Shown here in pieces: positions 11,424 to 21,007 of a DNA stretch of 64,000 nt. The stretch spans positions 155,178 to 219,177 of the forward strand of contig JAXGNR010000006.1 in assembly GCA_040767965.1 (NCBI GenBank), read 5' to 3'. The stretch comes from Atribacterota bacterium. GTDB taxonomy: Bacteria; Atribacterota; Phoenicimicrobiia; Phoenicimicrobiales; Stramentimicrobiaceae. The notes below the pieces were generated by a model. The model did no database searches and was not told the DNA's origin. It worked only from the letters and a program-made list of their open reading frames with translations. A program made the position numbers and the translations under genes. Position 1 is the stretch's first letter, and every line of letters begins with the position of its first letter.

Positions 11424-12335
11424 TCAGGATAGATATAAACCAAGCCTGATTTTTATATAATCAAAAATTGCATCAGGTATGCTGATATTGCAGCAACTTT
11501 CTATCCCTTTAAATCCCGGTGATGAATTTGCCTCACATACCTTGAAGTTTTCTCCATCAAACAATAAATCTATTCCAGCAATATCTAAATTTAACACCCT
11601 CGAACTTTCAGTGGCAAGCCATTCGATTTCCTTATTCATAGGAAATTCTCTTACTTCTCCTCCTCTGGAAAAATTGGCCTTAAAACTACCGTCACTGGAG
11701 ATTCTTTCCATACAGGCTATAGCAATTCCTCCAACAATAAAGACTCTTAAATCTCTTCCTTTGCTTGTCTTAATAAATTCCTGAATAATAAAATTGGCTT
11801 GCGTTTTAGCAGTATCGATTAATTGCATTAAATCCTCCAAATGAGTCTTATTTTCACATAAGAAAACTCCGCTACCCTGTGAGCCGGAAATAGTCTTTAC
11901 AACTATTGGAAAACCTAATGTTTTTTCAATCAACTCTATGTTTAATGGGTATCTTGCCAACATCGTTCTGGGGACCGGAAAGTTATTAGCAGCTAAAATC
12001 TGCTGAGTATAGAGTTTGTCTTTTACTATTTCTATGCTCTCAGCTGAATTAAAAGTATGCACTCCTAATCTTTCTAAATGCCTGATAACTGCCAGAGAAA
12101 AATAAGGCGTACTGGCTCCCTGTCTGGGCAATAAAAAATTCGGCAATCTGGTGTAACTATTATCAACAATAACACTTTTATTGTCTTCCCGGTTTACCAA
12201 TAAGTCAAACTGTTCAGGACAAAGAATTTTTAATCCAATATCTCTTTTTTCTGCTACCTCTAAAAAACGATTCATCTCGTATTTTTCAATTGATATTTCG
12301 CTTTGCCTCTGTTTATAAAGAATCCAACCTTCCAT
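11424..12335 (-). CDS. RimK family alpha-L-glutamate ligase (ATP-grasp)
   Basis: DKLYT, GSQGSGV, IIQEFI, GRDLRVFIVGG, FKANFSRGG, AGIDLL, CEANSSPG. Confidence 0.9.
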   Translation of the reverse strand: MEGWILYKQRQSEISIEKYEMNRFLEVAEKRDIGLKILCPEQFDLLVNREDNKSVIVDNSYTRLPNFLLPRQGASTPYFSLAVIRHLERLGVHTFNSAESIEIVKDKLYTQQILAANNFPVPRTMLARYPLNIELIEKTLGFPIVVKTISGSQGSGVFLCENKTHLEDLMQLIDTAKTQANFIIQEFIKTSKGRDLRVFIVGGIAIACMERISSDGSFKANFSRGGEVREFPMNKEIEWLATESSRVLNLDIAGIDLLFDGENFKVCEANSSPGFKGIESCCNISIPDAIFDYIKIRLGLYLS

Positions 12336-12579
12336 TTTTTTCTCCTGTTCGAAAAATTATTTTAATCTAATCTAAAAAGTAAATTTTTATTCTATTCTAC
12401 TATCTTTTTCCTTTTTTATCATCAATAAAATAATATTAATCAAAATTTTGCTAAACCTGTTTTATCTGTTAAAATACTTAATATTAATTTATATTTTCAG
12501 TAAAAGTAAATAAACATACTATCTTTATTTTTTGTTTAGTATAACCAGTTAAAAAATATATTTTTATTTGGAGAATAAA

Positions 12580-13452
12580 ATGGAACAAACAATAATGGAT
12601 ATTCAACAATTTTGGATTCATCTGATTAACCCTCAAAAATTACAAGAACTGCTTTCAATTATTATTACTATTTTTATAGTTTTGGTGATAGCTAAAATTA
12701 GCCTAAATACAATTAAAAATGTTATACAAAAAATATTATTACCCAAAAAAGGTTCATCTAATTACAGAAAAAAATTATCTCGAGCAGAAACTCTTACTCC
12801 GTTTTTGAATTCAATTTTTACTTTTTTTATTTATTTTATAGTTATCACAATTATTTTAAAAAAAATTGGAATTGACACCACCCCAATCATCGCTAGCGCT
12901 GGAGTACTGGGCTTAGCAATCGGTTTTGGGGCTCAGGCTATTGTCAAAGATTTTATATCAGGTATATTTATACTACTTGATGGTACAATTTCTGTTGGAG
13001 ATGTAATTTCCATTGACTCTCACACCGGTACAGTAGAATCTATGAATTTAAGACATATCCAGTTAAGAAAATTCAATGGTGAGCTATGGACTATTCCTAA
13101 TGGCCAAATAGCTAATTTTGGCAATTACAATAAAGAATGGTCTAGAGCAGTTGTTCAGGTCGATTTAGCTTATGAGCAGGATATTGAAAAAGGGATGAAA
13201 GAGTTGGAAAACATAGGTAATGAATGGGCACAAAAGAATGCTGAAATTATTTTAGAACCTCCAACTGTTCAGGGAGTATTGTCGTTAGGATCTTCGGGTA
13301 TAAGTATCAGGCTAGTTATCAAAGTTAAACCAATGGCACATTGGGGAGCTGAAAGAGAATTAAGAAGACTTATTAAAAATCATTTTGATTCTCAAGGTGT
13401 TGAAATTCCCTTCAATAGACAGGTAGTTTATATTAGAAATGAGGATGCTTAA
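12580..13452 (+). CDS. small-conductance mechanosensitive channel (MscS family)
   Basis: ASAGVLGLAIGFGAQAIVKDFISG, VGD..GTVE, IPNG, EIPF. ATG at 12580 follows GGAG; start could be 12568. Confidence 0.92.
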   Translation: MEQTIMDIQQFWIHLINPQKLQELLSIIITIFIVLVIAKISLNTIKNVIQKILLPKKGSSNYRKKLSRAETLTPFLNSIFTFFIYFIVITIILKKIGIDTTPIIASAGVLGLAIGFGAQAIVKDFISGIFILLDGTISVGDVISIDSHTGTVESMNLRHIQLRKFNGELWTIPNGQIANFGNYNKEWSRAVVQVDLAYEQDIEKGMKELENIGNEWAQKNAEIILEPPTVQGVLSLGSSGISIRLVIKVKPMAHWGAERELRRLIKNHFDSQGVEIPFNRQVVYIRNEDA

Positions 13453-13454
13453 AT

Positions 13455-13484
13455 AAGAAACAAATCAAGATAGGTTTGTTTCTT
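13455..13484 (+). terminator. possible intrinsic terminator after mscS
   Basis: AAGAAACAAATC...GGTTTGTTTCTT hairpin (one G-U pair) immediately after the stop codon. Confidence 0.45.
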
Positions 13485-13543
13485 TATATTGCAAAATTAT
13501 TTTAATACTACTTTAGAAAAATAGAATACATGGAGCCATAAAA

Positions 13544-14296
13544 ATGACCAAAGCAGTCCTGTTTGATCTTGATAATACTCTTATTCTTTTTGATGAGACA
13601 AAATTTTTTAAAGAATATATTAAGAAAGTTGCGCCTCTTATGTCGGATATTGCTCCTCCCCATATCTTATGGAAAGTGATTCTATCTGCTACAAAGTCAG
13701 TTTTGAATAATAAAGGGAAGATAACCAATCAAGAAGTATTCAAGCAAACTTTTATAAAAATTTTTGGAAATCAAACTGAGGAAATATGGCAACGCTTTCT
13801 CAGATTCTATAAAAATGAATTTGATCAGCTAAAAACTTTTATAAGTGTGAACAAAGGGGTATCAGAGATATTCTCTTTCCTTTCTAATAATAATATCAAG
13901 GTTGTTATTGCTTCCAACCCGTTCTGGCCTTTTATTGCAATGGAAAAAAGAATGGAATGGGCTGGTATTAAAAAAGAGCAGGTTGACCTTATTACCCATA
14001 TGGAAAATATGCATTTTTGTAAACCCCGATTGAAATATTATCAGGAAATATGTCAGACAATAAAGGAAAGACCTGAAAATTGCTTAATGGTTGGAGATGA
14101 CCTTGTGAATGATATTATTGCAGGCAAACTAGGAATGAAAACTTTTTTAATTACTGATAATATTCAAAACAAAAGTCAATTGCAGGCAATTAGCAGAAAA
14201 ATAAGATTTGGCTTTACCTTAAAGAAAAATAACATTAATCCGGATTTTAGAGGCTCCTTAATCCAGTTAAAAGAGGTATTGGAGTCGTTAATTTAA
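13544..14296 (+). CDS. HAD family hydrolase
   Basis: Motif I FDLDNTL, ASN, KP, motif IV MVGDDLVND. Confidence 0.9.
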   Translation: MTKAVLFDLDNTLILFDETKFFKEYIKKVAPLMSDIAPPHILWKVILSATKSVLNNKGKITNQEVFKQTFIKIFGNQTEEIWQRFLRFYKNEFDQLKTFISVNKGVSEIFSFLSNNNIKVVIASNPFWPFIAMEKRMEWAGIKKEQVDLITHMENMHFCKPRLKYYQEICQTIKERPENCLMVGDDLVNDIIAGKLGMKTFLITDNIQNKSQLQAISRKIRFGFTLKKNNINPDFRGSLIQLKEVLESLI

Positions 14297-14330
14297 TATT
14301 TTAATTTACTTTTTATTCAGATAAATAATT

Positions 14331-14945
14331 TTAAAAGAAAATGATCATAGCATCATATATAAACTTGCCACTAAAGAATAAAAGAAATAATCCACAGAAA
14401 ATAAAAATAATTTTTTGCAATCTCTCTCCAAAAAACTGACCACCCTTAAAAGACAAATTAGAAAGAAAATATAACCATATAAAATCACAACTCCAGTGAA
14501 CCATAAAAAAAGTAATCAGCCCCAATAAACCAAACCGATACGCACCGGTTATTAGCATAGCACCAACAGTTACCCACCAAATTAAGAAATAAGGATTGGC
14601 AATAGTTAAAACTACCCCAGCCTGTAATGGAGTATACTTCTGATGCACCTGATTAATCCGGGTATTAGAGATGCTTTTTAATAACCCAAATCCCATTTTA
14701 AATAGGAATAATCCGCCAATAACACCTATAACTACCTTTACCCAGGTAATTTCCAGGAACTGCCCAAAACCAATTAGTATCAATAGCATTAATGGCAGTT
14801 CAACAATACCATGCCCAAGAGCAATCATTGCACCGGAATATGGCTGTTGGGTTCCTTTACTTATGGTTACCGCAGTTATGGGGCCTGGAGCAATCACTCC
14901 AGAAAGAGAAATAATAACTGTTTTTAATAAAAAAGATAAAAACAT
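14331..14945 (-). CDS. LysE family translocator
   Basis: SGVIAPGP, GHGIVE, ANPYFLIWW; about 6 TM segments. Confidence 0.85.
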   Translation of the reverse strand: MFLSFLLKTVIISLSGVIAPGPITAVTISKGTQQPYSGAMIALGHGIVELPLMLLILIGFGQFLEITWVKVVIGVIGGLFLFKMGFGLLKSISNTRINQVHQKYTPLQAGVVLTIANPYFLIWWVTVGAMLITGAYRFGLLGLITFFMVHWSCDFIWLYFLSNLSFKGGQFFGERLQKIIFIFCGLFLLFFSGKFIYDAMIIFF

Positions 14946-15023
14946 TGTTAACCTTAAAGCCTTCTTAGATTATAATTTAGGCTAATTATAATGAATTTTC
15001 AAAAATCTCAAGAAAGTATAAAA

Positions 15024-15515
15024 CTATTCTTTGCCGCACTCGGAGGCTTCTCCTTTTAGGATAGCAATACCATGAGGAAGTGCTTCCAGAATAATACTTA
15101 AAGATTCCCGGGCACCTTTGGGGCTTCCAGGAAGATTGATTATTAAACTCTTTTTTCGAATACCTGCAATTGCACGTGATAATACTGCCATTGGTGTTTT
15201 CTTAAAACTTTCCATTCTGATTATTTCGCTAAGACCAGGCACTAATTTTTCAACGATTGACCTGGTTGCCTCTGGAGTGACATCTCTGGCTGATAAGCCG
15301 GTTCCTCCGGTGGTTAGAACTAGATCTGCTTTTACATTATCTACTGCATCAACAATGGCTTTTTGAATCAAATCAATTTCATCAGGAACAATTTCATAAC
15401 CGATAACCTGTGCTTCAATTTTTTCCAGTGTCAGCCTGATAGCTTCACTGCTGAGGTCTTCCCGTTGACCCCTGGATCCTTTATCACTTACAGTAATTAT
15501 CACAGTTTTAATCAT
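15024..15515 (-). CDS. mog: molybdopterin adenylyltransferase (MogA/MoaB family)
   Basis: TVSDKGSRGQRED, TTGGTGLSARDVTPEAT, NLPGSPKG. Confidence 0.92.
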   Translation of the reverse strand: MIKTVIITVSDKGSRGQREDLSSEAIRLTLEKIEAQVIGYEIVPDEIDLIQKAIVDAVDNVKADLVLTTGGTGLSARDVTPEATRSIVEKLVPGLSEIIRMESFKKTPMAVLSRAIAGIRKKSLIINLPGSPKGARESLSIILEALPHGIAILKGEASECGKE

Positions 15516-16503
15516 CTTTTATTAACACCTCTATTCTGTCTCCTGGTTTAACAATACCTCCTTTTACAACTCTGGTAAAAATGCCCTCAATTGGCATTAT
15601 AGAATTAATCTTTTGTCCCCGAACTACAATATTCACATCATGTTCTTTCCCAATCTGAGTAATACTTAACAATACTTCATCTCCAATTTTCAATAAGGTT
15701 CCTATTGGAAATTCAAATAAATTATCAATCCCCTGAAAATCAATATTTTCAAAAAGATCACCATAATCAAGTTCATATCCCTGTTTTCTATTTTTTTCCA
15801 AACTTGTTAAATTCAACATACTAACCTGCTTATGATCTCTTCCTGCATGGATATCACCTTTTATCCCAAAATCTTTAATAAATTCTGCACTGGAAATCGG
15901 TTTTTTTGGCTCTTTGCGACTTTCTCCAATACAGACAGCTAAAACCATGCCTTTTTGATCTTCTATTTTTTTATATTTTTCTATCAGTTGAAATTTTTCA
16001 TTTTTTTCTAAACTAAGATAGGATTCACCTTGAAAGTGTCCGCTTTGTCCTCCATCTTTTTCCACTAAATGAATATGATTTATTTCAATCCCTCGATCTA
16101 CTGCTTTACAAATATCGTAAATAGTCAAAGCAGCCACTGAAACAGCATGCAATGCTTCCATCTCTACTCCTGTTTTTCCGGTAGTCATAACAATAGAACG
16201 AATTAATATGCTATTTCTATCTTCCATAATATAAAAATCCATATCTACATTATTCAGAATTAGTGGATGGCATAAAGGAATCATGCGACTAGTTTCTTTA
16301 GCTCCCATTATGCCAGCGACTTGTGCTATACCTAAAACATCTCCTTTGGCAATTTTTTTATCTTTTATTAAAGCAAGAGTTTCGGGTTTCATAAGCACTT
16401 CTGCTTCAGCAATGGCAATTCGATGAGTATCTTTTTTGTTGCCTACATCAACCATTCTGGCTCTCCCTTTTTCGTTTAGATGGGTAAACTCTTTTCCTTT
16501 CAT
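15508..16503 (-). CDS. moaC: cyclic pyranopterin monophosphate synthase MoaC fused to a MOSC domain
   Basis: N-terminal THLNEKGRARMVDV, IPLCHP, TGVEMEAL; C-terminal GIKGDIHAG, ENID, QIGKE, MPIEGIF..V..GG.VKPGD. Confidence 0.92.
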   Translation of the reverse strand: MKGKEFTHLNEKGRARMVDVGNKKDTHRIAIAEAEVLMKPETLALIKDKKIAKGDVLGIAQVAGIMGAKETSRMIPLCHPLILNNVDMDFYIMEDRNSILIRSIVMTTGKTGVEMEALHAVSVAALTIYDICKAVDRGIEINHIHLVEKDGGQSGHFQGESYLSLEKNEKFQLIEKYKKIEDQKGMVLAVCIGESRKEPKKPISSAEFIKDFGIKGDIHAGRDHKQVSMLNLTSLEKNRKQGYELDYGDLFENIDFQGIDNLFEFPIGTLLKIGDEVLLSITQIGKEHDVNIVVRGQKINSIMPIEGIFTRVVKGGIVKPGDRIEVLIKDD

Positions 16504-16505
16504 TA

Positions 16506-17516
16506 TTAACCTCCTATCTTTGACATATCAAATTCAGTAGTGTTTTTGCTTTCTATATGATGCCGGAATGGTTTTATTTGGATTGCTTTTTTAAAACACT
16601 GCCTGATTATCTCTTCTCTTTTTTCCGGTTGGTTTTGAGGAATTTCTCTTAATTTCTCCTTTAGCTTTATTTCTTTAGAACTAAACAGACACGGTCTTAA
16701 ACTGCCTTCGGCAGTTAATCTCAAACGATTACAACTAGCACAAAAATGTTGACTAACTGCATTTATAAAACCAAACTTTCCTTTAGCATTTGGTAATTGA
16801 AAATAATTTGCCGGACCAAATCCTTTTTCCATTTCTACTGGTTGCATATCAGGAAATTTATTTATTATAGTATTTTTTACTGTTTGAGCAGAAATATAAT
16901 TTTCTTCATTAATTTGAGTTAAAGAATGGTTTGTAGGCATTAGTTCAATAAATCTTACATTTAATGGTTTATCTATAGTTAAGTTAATAAAATCCTCAAT
17001 CTCATCATCATTAATTCCTTTTAACAACACAACATTTATTTTAACAGGAGTTAACCGTTCCTGTAAGGCTGAATCTATTCCCTGTAAAACTTTTTCCATA
17101 CTATCAAATCCGGTTATGGCTTTAAATTTCTCTTTTTGGAGGGAATCGATACTGATGTTCACCCTGTTTAAACCTGCTTGCTTCAGAAGCTTTGCCATTT
17201 CTGGCAAATAAAATCCATTTGTAGTAAGAGAAATATCCTCAAGTCTTTCAATGGTTTTTAACTTTTTTATAAAATCAATAACCCCTTTTCTTACTAAAGG
17301 CTCTCCTCCAGTTAATCTTATTTTATTCATTCCCATTTGAACAGCGACTTTAGAAATTTCCAGTATTTCTTCAAATCGTAAAATGTTTTCATGTTTTATG
17401 AAGCAAAAATTGCAATCAGAAGGGGAACAATACAGACACCTAAAATTACATCGGTCAGTTAGGGAAATTCTAAAATATACAATTTTTCTACCGTAAGAAT
17501 CAACTAGTTTTTCCAT
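16506..17516 (-). CDS. moaA: GTP 3',8-cyclase MoaA
   Basis: Radical SAM CNFRCLYC, RLTGGEP, C-terminal cluster FCASCNRLRLT...PC, terminal IGG. Confidence 0.97.
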   Translation of the reverse strand: MEKLVDSYGRKIVYFRISLTDRCNFRCLYCSPSDCNFCFIKHENILRFEEILEISKVAVQMGMNKIRLTGGEPLVRKGVIDFIKKLKTIERLEDISLTTNGFYLPEMAKLLKQAGLNRVNISIDSLQKEKFKAITGFDSMEKVLQGIDSALQERLTPVKINVVLLKGINDDEIEDFINLTIDKPLNVRFIELMPTNHSLTQINEENYISAQTVKNTIINKFPDMQPVEMEKGFGPANYFQLPNAKGKFGFINAVSQHFCASCNRLRLTAEGSLRPCLFSSKEIKLKEKLREIPQNQPEKREEIIRQCFKKAIQIKPFRHHIESKNTTEFDMSKIGG

Positions 17517-19467
17517 TTACTAATACTTCGCCACATTGATTCAAGTCATATCCTCCAAGATTAGTGGCTTGCTCCTTAAAGTTTTTTGTTTTGATGATTT
17601 CTAATAATCTTTTTATTTTTTTATCTGCAAAATGATTTTCAGGAATTATCAGATCGTAACGTTCCTTAATGAGAGGTACAAAATCCAGATCAAACGCCTT
17701 AGCAGCTGAAAATATTCCCAAACCCACATCTACTCTTTTATTGGCAACTGCAGAAGCCACCATAAGATGAGTAAATTCTTCCTGAGTATATCCTTGGATA
17801 TCAGCCGGATTGATATTTTTTTGCTTAAGCAGATAATCTAAAAGAACTCTGGTTCCTGAACCTTTTTGTCTGTTTATATAGCGAATATCACCTCTCGCTA
17901 AGTCTTGTATTTCCATAATATTTTTAGGATTACCTTTTGGTACCATAAAACCTTGCTGTCTGTAAGCCATATTTACTACTACAAGTTTATGGCCTTCTAA
18001 AATACGATCAAGATAAGGGAAATTATACTCTCCGCTATCCACATCCAGAAGATGAGAAGTGGCCAGGTGGGTTATTCCCTGTTTTATTGCTAATAATCCT
18101 CCCATGCTTCCTGTATGAAAGGATGCCAGACGAAATTCTGGTGATTTTGTATGTAATTCATTCCTCAAAACATCCAGTATCAAATCATGGCTTCCAATTA
18201 TTATTATTGTATTATCTAAATTAGAATTATTTACTAACAATTCTGCTTCAGTTTCTTCTTTTAAATTCAAACCTTCACTAAGTGACGGTATTCTAATAAT
18301 TCCATCAGCCTCTGACAGTGATGAAATAACACCTGCTCCTCGGCTTAAAGGGTATGCCATTATATCTTCACCAATTTTAGCCATTTTTACCCGCAGAAAT
18401 TCTTCATTTCCTAATCTGGATACCACTTTCTTAGCTGTCAGTACCCTGGTTTTTTTTCTTTCAGGTAAAGATAATCTTAAATTTTTATAAACCAGGGGTA
18501 AAACAAATTCCCAGGCTGCTATTAAATAAGAAACCGGATACCCAGGTAATCCTATAACCGGAATACCTTCTACGATACCTGCTAAAGTTGGCTTACCTGG
18601 CATAATGGCTATGCCATGAAATAATATATTCCCGATATCTGAAAGTGCTTTTGCAGTAAAATCCTTACTGCCTGCCGAGGTTCCTGCAATTACAGTAACT
18701 ATGTCATTTTCTTTGGCTGCTGACTGCAGTGTTTTTTTTAAATCTTCTTTAATATCCCGAATAATTGGATATATGATAGGCTCTCCTCCCCATTGAATCA
18801 CCGAACTGGATAACATTCGGGAATTAAAATCAAGTATGTCCCCTGCCTTTATTTCTTTTTCATCAAGTCCGATCAATTCTTCTCCGGTAGGAATAATTGC
18901 AACTCGTGGTTTCTTCCAAACCTGTATTTCCGTTATTCCTCCTGCCATTAAGGCACCAATATCTACTGGTCTGATTTTATGATTCGCTGTCAATATTATC
19001 TGGTGAGTTACAATATCTTCCCCGATACTGCGGACATTCATGCCTGGGGATATTGCTTGAAATATTTTTAATTGAGTGAATTCCTCTTTCTGGTTTTGCA
19101 GATTATTGCTTTTTTGAACTGGAATCACGTCTTCTATCTTAATTACTGCATCAAATTCCTCTGGTAGAGGATTTCCTGTATTGATATATAAAAAATCTTC
19201 TTTATAAGTTAAAATTACAGGATTTTTCTCCGAGGCATTCTCAGTCCTGCGGGAATGCACAGCTATTCCATCCATAGCTGATGCAGTATAGTGCAAAGAA
19301 GATCTTCTAGCAAAAACAGCACTAGAAGTAACTCTATCAAGTGAATTTTCTACCGGAAGCTTTTCTTGTTTTGTATTTAACCCAAATAATCCTTCCGTAA
19401 AAGCTTTTTCAATTTTCTGCTTTGCTTCCTCTAAAGATATTTTGTTTAAATAAATATTTCGTTCCAT
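17500..19467 (-). CDS. moeA: molybdopterin metal insertase MoeA fused to a periplasmic-binding-protein-like domain
   Basis: SAMDGIAV, PGKP, GLPGYP; C-terminal GSHD, GSMGGL, NRQKGSGTR, THLMVASAV. Confidence 0.92.
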   Translation of the reverse strand: MERNIYLNKISLEEAKQKIEKAFTEGLFGLNTKQEKLPVENSLDRVTSSAVFARRSSLHYTASAMDGIAVHSRRTENASEKNPVILTYKEDFLYINTGNPLPEEFDAVIKIEDVIPVQKSNNLQNQKEEFTQLKIFQAISPGMNVRSIGEDIVTHQIILTANHKIRPVDIGALMAGGITEIQVWKKPRVAIIPTGEELIGLDEKEIKAGDILDFNSRMLSSSVIQWGGEPIIYPIIRDIKEDLKKTLQSAAKENDIVTVIAGTSAGSKDFTAKALSDIGNILFHGIAIMPGKPTLAGIVEGIPVIGLPGYPVSYLIAAWEFVLPLVYKNLRLSLPERKKTRVLTAKKVVSRLGNEEFLRVKMAKIGEDIMAYPLSRGAGVISSLSEADGIIRIPSLSEGLNLKEETEAELLVNNSNLDNTIIIIGSHDLILDVLRNELHTKSPEFRLASFHTGSMGGLLAIKQGITHLATSHLLDVDSGEYNFPYLDRILEGHKLVVVNMAYRQQGFMVPKGNPKNIMEIQDLARGDIRYINRQKGSGTRVLLDYLLKQKNINPADIQGYTQEEFTHLMVASAVANKRVDVGLGIFSAAKAFDLDFVPLIKERYDLIIPENHFADKKIKRLLEIIKTKNFKEQATNLGGYDLNQCGEVLVNGKTS

Positions 19468-19508
19468 TATTTTTTAATCAATCCTCTTATTTTTGAGATA
19501 ATTCTATA

Positions 19509-20768
19509 CTATTCAAACAAGGTCACACTAACCTTTTCGCCTTGATACAAACCTTCCTGGTTAAGTCTGACAGTTATATAGCCATCAGCTTTGGACAGAG
19601 AAGAGATCATTCCGGATTTACCCAAGACTGGAACAGCCCATAATTGTCCATTCTCATTTCTTAACATTACTCTGATATATTCTTCTCTGCCAGGATCAGA
19701 AAATATATTGCTCTCCAACAAAGCATCAACTCTTTTTCTGCTTTCAAAGGAAACTTTTTCACCTTTTAAATCAAATATTATTCTCCTTACAACATTCTCA
19801 AAAACCATCATCGCTGAAACTGGATGACCAGGTAAGCCAATAAACAGTTTCTGATTATTTAAAGAAATAATTGTAGGCTTTCCTGGTTTTAAAGCCAATC
19901 CATGTACCAGAATCCCTGGAGAACCAAGATTATCCAACACTTCTAAAGTGTAATCCCTAGTGCCAACAGAGCTACCACCAGAAATCAAGACTAAATCTAT
20001 TTCCGGATTTGCCAAACATTGCTGAAGTTCTTTTTTTAAGAATTTTGCATTATCTTTAATAATGTTCGTATAATAAGGGACACAACCAACTTGCTCTACT
20101 GCTGCACCAAGAGTAAAAGTGTTAATATCACGCACCTGTCCCGGTTTCGGAATGTTATTTATTGGAATAATTTCATCACCGGTAGAAATAATCGCAATTA
20201 CCGGCCTTTTAAAAACCTTTATTTTCCCCCATCCCAATGCTGCCAGCAAACCAATATTCTGTGGCTTCAGACAATATCCTTTATTTAAAACTTTTTCATT
20301 TTCCTTAATATCTTCATCTTCTCTTAAAACATTCTCCCAGGGGGCTACAGAACGGCTTATTTCAACCATTGTTGAACTGATTCTTTCTGTATATTCCAGC
20401 ATAACTACTGAATCGGCCCCTAATGGCAACATTCCTCCTGTAGAAATCTTTACTGCCTGACCTGCTTGTAATCCAAAAAAAGGTTTTTCTGACATTTTTA
20501 TCTCACCAATTAAATCAAGATAAGCCGGTAAACTATCACTGGCCCCGTAGGTATCACTGGCTTTAACCGCATATCCATCCATGGTTGAGCGATTAAAACC
20601 TGGTATATTCTCAATTGATACAATATCTTCTGCCAACACTCTTCCGTAAGCATGGATAAGTTCTATTTGCTCGTAACGACTTTTAAAAAAGGAAGCAAAA
20701 TCAAAGGATTTACGAAAGATTTCCAGGCTTTCTTCAATTGTTCTGACTTTAAATAATGGTTGAACCAT
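19509..20768 (-). CDS. moeA: molybdopterin molybdotransferase MoeA (gephyrin E-like)
   Basis: RSTMDGYAV, STGGMLP, STGDEI, SGGSSVGTRD, KPGKP, GLPGHP. Confidence 0.95.
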   Translation of the reverse strand: MVQPLFKVRTIEESLEIFRKSFDFASFFKSRYEQIELIHAYGRVLAEDIVSIENIPGFNRSTMDGYAVKASDTYGASDSLPAYLDLIGEIKMSEKPFFGLQAGQAVKISTGGMLPLGADSVVMLEYTERISSTMVEISRSVAPWENVLREDEDIKENEKVLNKGYCLKPQNIGLLAALGWGKIKVFKRPVIAIISTGDEIIPINNIPKPGQVRDINTFTLGAAVEQVGCVPYYTNIIKDNAKFLKKELQQCLANPEIDLVLISGGSSVGTRDYTLEVLDNLGSPGILVHGLALKPGKPTIISLNNQKLFIGLPGHPVSAMMVFENVVRRIIFDLKGEKVSFESRKRVDALLESNIFSDPGREEYIRVMLRNENGQLWAVPVLGKSGMISSLSKADGYITVRLNQEGLYQGEKVSVTLFE

Positions 20769-20785
20769 AGGACTCCTTTATATGC

Positions 20786-20820
20786 AAAAACATCCTGTAC
20801 GTTTATCCCGTACAGGATGT
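20786..20820 (-). terminator. intrinsic terminator of the Moco RNA expression platform
   Basis: Minus strand ACATCCTGTACG-ggataaa-CGTACAGGATGT followed by TTTT, between the aptamer and the moeA RBS. Confidence 0.85.
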
Positions 20821-20827
20821 CTGTTTT

Positions 20828-20922
20828 TTTCTTCTTTCCGATACGGGAGGCTCATAAATTTCTCAATGAACCTGGCGGGTAACTATCATAGGAAAACCGT
20901 TAGAATAATTACCTCGAAGAAA
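20828..20922 (-). ncRNA. Moco RNA motif riboswitch (RF01055-like), P3-less Tuco-type variant
   Basis: Minus strand: TTCTTCGAG-GTAATTAT..CTAA..TATG-ATAGTTAC-ccgcCAGGTTCAT..GAAA..ATGAGCCTCCCGTATCGGAAAGAAG. The 3' GCCTCCCGT..GGAAAG signature and the position upstream of moeA-moeA-moaA-moaC-mog both fit. Confidence 0.85.
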
Positions 20923-20947
20923 TGATTTGTATAAAAATAACTTCTCA

Positions 20948-20976
20948 ATTATACACAAATAAAGTATTTTTTTCAA
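20948..20976 (-). promoter_or_regulatory. sigma70-type promoter of the molybdopterin operon
   Basis: Minus strand TTGAAA-17 nt-TATAAT just upstream of the riboswitch. Confidence 0.7.
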
Positions 20977-21007
20977 AGGAAGTAAATTTTATATTAATAT
21001 CCACTTT

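Noticed and set aside
11424-12335. RimK-like gene as ArgX/LysX of a LysW-dependent arginine pathway
   Set aside because: No lysW nearby, and the acetylated route argJ/B/C/D is complete in the window.
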